Shown here piece by piece: positions 54,501-64,000 of a stretch of 64,000 nt of DNA. Position 1 is the first letter of the stretch, and the number at the start of each line of letters is the position of its first letter. The stretch lies in assembly GCA_964057225.1 (NCBI GenBank), contig OZ059894.1:4712001-4776000 (forward strand), read 5' to 3'. The translations under genes were made by a program, and so were the position numbers. The DNA comes from Auanema rhodensis (lineage: Eukaryota > Animalia > Nematoda). Under the pieces are notes generated by a model. The model was given only the letters and a program-made list of their open reading frames with translations. It did not search any database and had not been told where the DNA came from.

Positions 54501-57500
54501 CAAAATGTTTTTGGAAGCAATGTTGAGTGTACATGGAAACTCAACATACACTAATGCATCATTTTTCAAACGATCATAACTAATTCTTGTATCAAGCGTT
54601 TTTCAATGTAGTATAGTGCATTCGATGCGGATTTTTAAGCTGCGTCGATCTGTGTTATCAGATTTGCGCTAGCTTAAAAATGCACCGAGATATCAACTGA
54701 TATAAGTTCACACTTATATCCTCGATTTTCACCCTGAAGAAATAATTTTTTCGTTGAATAACATCGTCCATCGTCTTTGCCTTGAAAAAAGGAATCTAAA
54801 AACATCTACTTTTCGCTAAATTATTTTGAAATTTTTCGAAAAAATTTTTGTCAAAATGTTTTTGGAAGCAATGTTGAGTGTACATGGAAACTCAACATAC
54901 ACTAATGCATCATTTTTCAAACGATCATAACTAATTTTTGTATCAAGCGTTTCTCAATGTAGTATAGTGCATTCGATGCGGATTTTTAAGCTGCGTCGAT
55001 CTGTGTTATCAGATTTGCGCTAGCTTAAAAATGCACCGAGATATCAACTGATATAAGTTCACACTTATATCCTCGATTTTCACCCTGAAGAAATAATTTT
55101 TTCGTTGAATAACATTGTCTATCGTCTTTGCCTTGAGAAATGGAATCTAAAAACATCTACTTTTTGCTAAATTATTTTGAAATTTTTCGAAAAAATTTTT
55201 GTCAAAATGTTTTTGGAAGCAATGTTGAGTGTACATGGAAACTCAACATACACTAATGCATCATTTTTCAAACGATCATAACTAATTCTTGTATCAAGCG
55301 TTTTTCAATGTAGTATAGTGCATTCGATGCGGATTTTTAAGCTGCGTCGATCTGTGTTATCAGATTTGCGCTAGCTTAAAAATGCACCGAGATATCAACT
55401 GATATAAGTTCACACTTATATCCTCGATTTTCACCCTGAAGAAATAATTTTTTCGTTGAATAACATTGTCCATCGTCTTTGCCTTGAAAAAAGGAATCTA
55501 AAAACATCTACTTTTTGCTAAATTATTTTGAAATTTTTCGAAAAAATTTTTGTCAAAATTTTTTGGAAGCAATGTTGAGTGTACATGGAAACTCAACATA
55601 CACTAATGCATCATTTTTCAAACGATCATAACTAATTTTTGTATCAAGCGTTTTTCAATGTAGTATAGTGCATTCGATGCGGATTTTTAAGCTGCGTCGA
55701 TCTGTGTTATCAGATTTGCGCTAGCTTAAAAATGCACCGAGATATCAACTGATATAAGTTCACACTTATATCCTCGATTTTCATCCTGAAGAATTAATTT
55801 TTTCGTTGAATAACATTGTCCATCGTCTTTGCCTTGAAAAATCGAATCTAAAAACATCTACTTTTCGCTAAATTATTTTGAAATTTTTCGAAAAAATTTT
55901 TGTCAAAATGTTTTTGGAAGCAATGTTGAGTGTACATGGAAACTCAACATACACTAATGCATCATTTTTCAAACGATCATAACTAATTCTTGTATCAAGC
56001 GTTTTTCAATGTAGTATAGTGCATTCGATGCGGATTTTTAAGCTGCGTCGATCTGTGTTATCAGATTTGCGCTAGCTTAAAAATGCACCGAGATATCAAC
56101 TGATATAAGTTCACACTTATATCCTCGATTTTCACCCTGAAGAAATAATTTTTTCGTTGAATAACATCGTCCATCGTCTTTGCCTTGAAAAAAGGAATCT
56201 AAAAACATCTACTTTTCGCTAAATTATTTTGAAATTTTTCGAAAAAATTTTTGTCAAAATGTTTTTGGAAGCAATGTTGAGTGTACATGGAAACTCAACA
56301 TACACTAATGCATCATTTTTCAAACGATCATAACTAATTTTTGTATCAAGCGTTTCTCAATGTAGTATAGTGCATTCGATGCGGATTTTTAAGCTGCGTC
56401 GATCTGTGTTATCAGATTTGCGCTAGCTTAAAAATGCACCGAGATATCAACTGATATAAGTTCACACTTATATCCTCGATTTTCACCCTGAAGAAATAAT
56501 TTTTTCGTTGAATAACATTGTCTATCGTCTTTGCCTTGAGAAATGGAATCTAAAAACATCTACTTTTTGCTAAATTATTTTGAAATTTTTCGAAAAAATT
56601 TTTGTCAAAATGTTTTTGGAAGCAATGTTGAGTGTACATGGAAACTCAACATACACTAATGCATCATTTTTCAAACGATCATAACTAATTCTTGTATCAA
56701 GCGTTTTTCAATGTAGTATAGTGCATTCGATGCGGATTTTTAAGCTGCGTCGATCTGTGTTATCAGATTTGCGCTAGCTTAAAAATGCACCGAGATATCA
56801 ACTGATATAAGTTCACACTTATATCCTCGATTTTCACCCTGAAGAAATAATTTTTTCGTTGAATAACATCGTCCATCGTCTTTGCCTTGAAAAAAGGAAT
56901 CTAAAAACATCTACTTTTCGCTAAATTATTTTGAAATTTTTCGAAAAAATTTTTGTCAAAATGTTTTTGGAAGCAATGTTGAGTGTACATGGAAACTCAA
57001 CATACACTAATGCATCATTTTTCAAACGATCATAACTAATTTTTGTATCAAGCGTTTCTCAATGTAGTATAGTGCATTCGATGCGGATTTTTAAGCTGCG
57101 TCGATCTGTGTTATCAGATTTGCGCTAGCTTAAAAATGCACCGAGATATCAACTGATATAAGTTCACACTTATATCCTCGATTTTCACCCTGAAGAAATA
57201 ATTTTTTCGTTGAATAACATTGTCTATCGTCTTTGCCTTGAGAAATGGAATCTAAAAACATCTACTTTTTGCTAAATTATTCTGAAATTTTTCGAAAAAA
57301 TTTTTGTCAAAATGTTTTTGGAAGCAATGTTGAGTGTACATGGAAACTCAACATACACTAATGCATCATTTTTCAAACGATCATAAGTAATTCTTGTATC
57401 AAGCGTTTTTCAATGTAGTATAGTGCATTCGATGCGGATTTTTAAGCTGCGTCGATCTGTGTTATCAGATTTGCGCTAGCTTAAAAATGCACCGAGATAT

Positions 57501-60500
57501 CAACTGATATAAGTTCACACTTATATCCTCGATTTTCACCCTGAAGAAATAATTTTTTCGTTGAATAACATTGTCCATCGTCTTTGCCTTGAAAAAAGGA
57601 ATCTAAAAACATCTACTTTTTGCTAAATTATTTTGAAATTTTTCGAAAAAATTTTTGTCAAAATTTTTTTGGAAGCAATGTTGAGTGTACATGGAAACTC
57701 AACATACACTAATGCATCATTTTTCAAACGATCATAACTAATTTTTGTATCAAGCGTTTTTCAATGTAGTATAGTGCATTCGATGCGGATTTTTAAGCTG
57801 CGTCGATCTGTGTTATCAGATTTGCGCTAGCTTAAAAATGCACCGAGATATCAACTGATATAAGTTCACACTTATATCCTCGATTTTCATCCTGAAGAAT
57901 TAATTTTTTCGTTGAATAACATTGTCCATCGTCTTTGCCTTGAAAAATCGAATCTAAAAACATCTACTTTTCGCTAAATTATTTTGAAATTTTTCGAAAA
58001 AATTTTTGTCAAAATGTTTTTGGAAGCAATGTTGAGTGTACATGGAAACTCAACATACACTAATGCATCATTTTTCAAACGATCATAACTAATTCTTGTA
58101 TCAAGCGTTTTTCAATGTAGTATAGTGCATTCGATGCGGATTTTTAAGCTGCGTCGATCTGTGTTATCAGATTTGCGCTAGCTTAAAAATGCACCGAGAT
58201 ATCAACTGATATAAGTTCACACTTATATCCTCGATTTTCACCCTGAAGAAATAATTTTTTCGTTGAATAACATCGTCCATCGTCTTTGCCTTGAAAAAAG
58301 GAATCTAAAAACATCTACTTTTCGCTAAATTATTTTGAAATTTTTCGAAAAAATTTTTGTCAAAATGTTTTTGGAAGCAATGTTGAGTGTACATGGAAAC
58401 TCAACATACACTAATGCATCATTTTTCAAACGATCATAACTAATTTTTGTATCAAGCGTTTCTCAATGTAGTATAGTGCATTCGATGCGGATTTTTAAGC
58501 TGCGTCGATCTGTGTTATCAGATTTGCGCTAGCTTAAAAATGCACCGAGATATCAACTGATATAAGTTCACACTTATATCCTCGATTTTCACCCTGAAGA
58601 AATAATTTTTTCGTTGAATAACATTGTCTATCGTCTTTGCCTTGAGAAATGGAATCTAAAAACATCTACTTTTTGCTAAATTATTTTGAAATTTTTCGAA
58701 AAAATTTTTGTCAAAATGTTTTTGGAAGCAATGTTGAGTGTACATGGAAACTCAACATACACTAATGCATCATTTTTCAAACGATCATAACTAATTCTTG
58801 TATCAAGCGTTTTTCAATGTAGTATAGTGCATTCGATGCGAATTTTTAAGCTGCGTCGATCTGTGTTATCAGATTTGCGCTAGCTTAAAAATGCACCGAG
58901 ATATCAACTGATATAAGTTCACACTTATATCCTCGATTTTCACCCTGAAGAAATAATTTTTTCGTTGAATAACATCGTCCATCGTCTTTGCCTTGAAAAA
59001 AGGAATCTAAAAACATCTACTTTTTGCTAAATTATTTTGAAATTTTTCGAAAAAATTTTTGTCAAAATTTTTTGGAAGCAATGTTGAGTGTACATGGAAA
59101 CTCAACATACACTAATGCATCATTTTTCAAACGATCATAACTAATTTTTGTATCAAGCGTTTTTCAATGTAGTATAGTGCATTCGATGCGGATTTTTAAG
59201 CTGCGTCGATCTGTGTTATCAGATTTGCGCTAGCTTAAAAATGCACCGAGATATCAACTGATATAAGTTTACACTTATATCCTCGATTTTCATCCTGAAG
59301 AATTAATTTTTTCGTTGAATAACATTGTCCATCGTCTTTGCCTTGAAAAATCGAATCTAAAAACATCTACTTTTCGCTAAATTATTTTGAAATTTTTCGA
59401 AAAAATTTTTGTCAAAATGTTTTTGGAAGCAATGTTGAGTGTACATGGAAACTCAACATACACTAATGCATCATTTTTCAAACGATCATAACTAATTCTT
59501 GTATCAAGCGTTTTTCAATGTAGTATAGTGCATTCGATGCGGATTTTTAAGCTGCGTCGATCTGTGTTATCAGATTTGCGCTAGCTTAAAAATGCACCGA
59601 GATATCAACTGATATAAGTTCACACTTATATCCTCGATTTTCACCCTGAAGAAATAATTTTTTCGTTGAATAACATCGTCCATCGTCTTTGCCTTGAAAA
59701 AAGGAATCTAAAAACATCTACTTTTCGCTAAATTATTTTGAAATTTTTCGAAAAAATTTTTGTCAAAATGTTTTTGGAAGCAATGTTGAGTGTACATGGA
59801 AACTCAACATACACTAATGCATCATTTTTCAAACGATCATAACTAATTTTTGTATCAAGCGTTTCTCAATGTAGTATAGTGCATTCGATGCGGATTTTTA
59901 AGCTGCGTCGATCTGTGTTATCAGATTTGCGCTAGCTTAAAAATGCACCGAGATATCAACTGATATAAGTTCACACTTATATCCTCGATTTTCACCCTGA
60001 AGAAATAATTTTTTCGTTGAATAACATTGTCTATCGTCTTTGCCTTGAGAAATGGAATCTAAAAACATCTACTTTTTGCTAAATTATTTTGAAATTTTTC
60101 GAAAAAATTTTTGTCAAAATGTTTTTGGAAGCAATGTTGAGTGTACATGGAAACTCAACATACACTAATGCATCATTTTTCAAACGATCATAACTAATTT
60201 TTGTATCAAGCGTTTTTCAATGTAGTATAGTGCATTCGATGCGAATTTTTAAGCTGCGTCGATCTGTGTTATCAGATTTGCGCTAGCTTAAAAATGCACC
60301 GAGATATCAACTGATATAAGTTCACACTTATATCCTCGATTTTCACCCTGAAGAAATAATTTTTTCGTTGAATAACATCGTCCATCGTCTTTGCCTTGAA
60401 AAAAGGAATCTAAAAACATCTACTTTTTGCTAAATTATTTTGAAATTTTTCGAAAAAATTTTTGTCAAAATTTTTTGGAAGCAATGTTGAGTGTACATGG

Positions 60501-63500
60501 AAACTCAACATACACTAATGCATCATTTTTCAAACGATCATAACTAATTTTTGTATCAAGCGTTTTTCAATGTAGTATAGTGCATTCGATGCGGATTTTT
60601 AAGCTGCGTCGATCTGTGTTATCAGATTTGCGCTAGCTTAAAAATGCACCGAGATATCAACTGATATAAGTTCACACTTATATCCTCGATTTTCACCCTG
60701 AAGAAATAATTTTTTCGTTGAATAACATCGTCCATCGTCTTTGCCTTGAAAAAAGGAATCTAAAAACATCTACTTTTTGCTAAATTATTTTGAAATTTTT
60801 CGAAAAAATTTTTGTCAAAATTTTTTGGAAGCAATGTTGAGTGTACATGGAAACTCAACATACACTAATGCATCATTTTTCAAACGATCATAACTAATTT
60901 TTGTATCAAGCGTTTTTCAATGTAGTATAGTGCATTCGATGCGGATTTTTAAGCTGCGTCGATCTGTGTTATCAGATTTGCGCTAGCTTAAAAATGCACC
61001 GAGATATCAACTGATATAAGTTCACACTTATATCCTCGATTTTCACCCTGAAGAAATAATTTTTTCGTTGAATAACATCGTCCATCGTCTTTGCCTTGAA
61101 AAAAGGAATCTAAAAACATCTACTTTTCGCTAAATTATTTTGAAATTTTTCGAAAAAATTTTTGTCAAAATGTTTTTGGAAGCAATGTTGAGTGTACATG
61201 GAAACTCAACATACACTAATGCATCATTTTTCAAACGATCATAACTAATTTTTGTATCAAGCGTTTCTCAATGTAGTATAGTGCATTCGATGCGGATTTT
61301 TAAGCTGCGTCGATCTGTGTTATCAGATTTGCGCTAGCTTAAAAATGCACCGAGATATCAACTGATATAAGTTCACACTTATATCCTCGATTTTCACCCT
61401 GAAGAAATAATTTTTTCGTTGAATAACATCGTCCATCGTCTTTGCCTTGAAAAAAGGAATCTAAAAACATCTACTTTTCGCTAAATTATTTTGAAATTTT
61501 TCGAAAAAATTTTTGTCAAAATGTTTTTGGAAGCAATGTTGAGTGTACATGGAAACTCAACATACACTAATGCATCATTTTTCAAACGATCATAACTAAT
61601 TTTTGTATCAAGCGTTTCTCAATGTAGTATAGTGCATTCGATGCGGATTTTTAAGCTGCGTCGATCTGTGTTATCAGATTTGCGCTAGCTTAAAAATGCA
61701 CCGAGATATCAACTGATATAAGTTCACACTTATATCCTCGATTTTCACCCTGAAGAAATAATTTTTTCGTTGAATAACATTGTCTATCGTCTTTGCCTTG
61801 AGAAATGGAATCTAAAAACATCTACTTTTTGCTAAATTATTCTGAAATTTTTCGAAAAAATTTTTGTCAAAATGTTTTTGGAAGCAATGTTGAGTGTACA
61901 TGGAAACTCAACATACACTAATGCATCATTTTTCAAACGATCATAAGTAATTCTTGTATCAAGGGTTTTTAATGTAGTATAGTGCATTCGATGCGGATTT
62001 TTAAGCTGCGTCGATCTGTGTTATCAGATTTGCGCTAGCTTAAAAATGCACCGAGATATCAACTGATATAAGTTCACACTTATATCCTCGATTTTCACCC
62101 TGAAGAAATAATTTTTTCGTTGAATAACATTGTCCATCGTCTTTGCCTTGAAAAAAGGAATCTAAAAACATCTACTTTTTGCTAAATTATTTTGAAATTT
62201 TTCGAAAAAATTTTTGTCAAAATTTTTTGGAAGCAATGTTGAGTGTACATGGAAACTCAACATACACTAATGCATCATTTTTCAAACGATCATAACTAAT
62301 TTTTGTATCAAGCGTTTTTCAATGTAGTATAGTGCATTCGATGCGGATTTTTAAGCTGCGTCGATCTGTGTTATCAGATTTGCGCTAGCTTAAAAATGCA
62401 CCGAGATATCAACTGATATAAGTTCACACTTATATCCTCGATTTTCATCCTGAAGAATTAATTTTTTCGTTGAATAACATTGTCCATCGTCTTTGCCTTG
62501 AAAAATCGAATCTAAAAACATCTACTTTTCGCTAAATTATTTTGAAATTTTTCGAAAAAATTTTTGTCAAAATGTTTTTGGAAGCAATGTTGAGTGTACA
62601 TGGAAACTCAACATACACTAATGCATCATTTTTCAAACGATCATAACTAATTCTTGTATCAAGCGTTTTTCAATGTAGTATAGTGCATTCGATGCGGATT
62701 TTTAAGCTGCGTCGATCTGTGTTATCAGATTTGCGCTAGCTTAAAAATGCACCGAGATATCAACTGATATAAGTTCACACTTATATCCTCGATTTTCACC
62801 CTGAAGAAATAATTTTTTCGTTGAATAACATCGTCCATCGTCTTTGCCTTGAAAAAAGGAATCTAAAAACATCTACTTTTCGCTAAATTATTTTGAAATT
62901 TTTCGAAAAAATTTTTGTCAAAATGTTTTTGGAAGCAATGTTGAGTGTACATGGAAACTCAACATACACTAATGCATCATTTTTCAAACGATCATAACTA
63001 ATTTTTGTATCAAGCGTTTCTCAATGTAGTATAGTGCATTCGATGCGGATTTTTAAGCTGCGTCGATCTGTGTTATCAGATTTGCGCTAGCTTAAAAATG
63101 CACCGAGATATCAACTGATATAAGTTCACACTTATATCCTCGATTTTCACCCTGAAGAAATAATTTTTTCGTTGAATAACATTGTCTATCGTCTTTGCCT
63201 TGAGAAATGGAATCTAAAAACATCTACTTTTTGCTAAATTATTTTGAAATTTTTCGAAAAAATTTTTGTCAAAATGTTTTTGGAAGCAATGTTGAGTGTA
63301 CATGGAAACTCAACATACACTAATGCATCATTTTTCAAACGATCATAACTAATTCTTGTATCAAGCGTTTTTCAATGTAGTATAGTGCATTCGATGCGGA
63401 TTTTTAAGCTGCGTCGATCTGTGTTATCAGATTTGCGCTAGCTTAAAAATGCACCGAGATATCAACTGATATAAGTTCACACTTATATCCTCGATTTTCA

Positions 63501-64000
63501 CCCTGAAGAAATAATTTTTTCGTTGAATAACATCGTCCATCGTCTTTGCCTTGAAAAAAGGAATCTAAAAACATCTACTTTTTGCTAAATTATTTTGAAA
63601 TTTTTCGAAAAAATTTTTGTCAAAATTTTTTGGAAGCAATGTTGAGTGTACATGGAAACTCAACATACACTAATGCATCATTTTTCAAACGATCATAACT
63701 AATTTTTGTATCAAGCGTTTTTCAATGTAGTATAGTGCATTCGATGCGGATTTTTAAGCTGCGTCGATCTGTGTTATCAGATTTGCGCTAGCTTAAAAAT
63801 GCACCGAGATATCAACTGATATAAGTTCACACTTATATCCTCGATTTTCACCCTGAAGAAATAATTTTTTCGTTGAATAACATCGTCCATCGTCTTTGCC
63901 TTGAAAAAAGGAATCTAAAAACATCTACTTTTCGCTAAATTATTTTGAAATTTTTCGAAAAAATTTTTGTCAAAATGTTTTTGGAAGCAATGTTGAGTGT
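39568..64000. repeat. Domain 3: nascent higher-order repeat built mainly from four monomer subtypes (R-D-P-Q)
   Basis: R is 350 bp. D has catcc, aatt, aaaatcg, ttcgct and taattctt. P has catcg, ttcgct and ttctc. Q has gtct, gagaaatgg and taattctt. Order from 51845 is RDPQPQ RDPQ RDPQPQ RDPQ RDPQ. Confidence 0.8.

Larger units (their letters stand above)
1..64000. repeat. Tandem satellite DNA array, 351-bp AT-rich monomer, ~182.7 copies, single orientation, running off both window edges
   Basis: The motif tgtgttatcagat recurs at 1, 352, 703, 3511 (=10x351+1), 7021 (=20x351+1) and 11584 (=33x351+1). The last start, 63770, equals 182x351+1 minus 113 bp, which matches 3 deletions of 26 bp plus the 35 one-bp deletions I counted. 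Copies differ at only a few positions each. Confidence 0.99.

Noticed and set aside
61961-61975. Clustered singleton changes (aagggtttttaatg) and other singletons such as agttaag at ~10841
   Set aside because: Each is seen once and cannot be distinguished from consensus or sequencing error without reads.
1-64000. CRISPR array or other repeat-spacer system
   Set aside because: There are no unique spacers; the entire 351-bp unit is repeated, and no cas or other genes are present.
1-64000. Hidden insertion, inversion or unique island within the array
   Set aside because: Monomer phase is accounted for across the window (182x351 minus 113 bp) and orientation is constant, leaving no room for an insertion.

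Overview
The whole 64 kb window is one uninterrupted head-to-tail satellite DNA array. The monomer is 351 bp and about 31% GC by hand count; monomer starts fall at 1, 352, 703 ... 3511, 7021 ... 63770, giving about 182 full copies plus a 231-bp partial. I see no genes, RNA genes, transposon insertions, strand switches or unique sequence, and all six reading frames of the monomer contain stop codons. The interest lies in the internal structure. (i) The monomer carries several dyad symmetries, including a ~51-nt hairpin across the monomer junction. (ii) A small set of shared variants defines monomer subtypes arranged in spatial domains and in nascent higher-order repeats, with offsets of 4, 5, 6, 7, 10, 13 and 15 monomers. 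(iii) Three monomers are 325-bp microhomology-type deletions. (iv) A short variant haplotype recurs 21 kb away from its match. (v) Many variants appear to perfect short palindromes. CpG is not depleted, which fits a eukaryote with little CpG methylation, such as an insect or other invertebrate (inference). A (peri)centromeric or heterochromatic location is plausible but cannot be shown from sequence. I could not assign the repeat to a named satellite family, and I found no protein-coding system.
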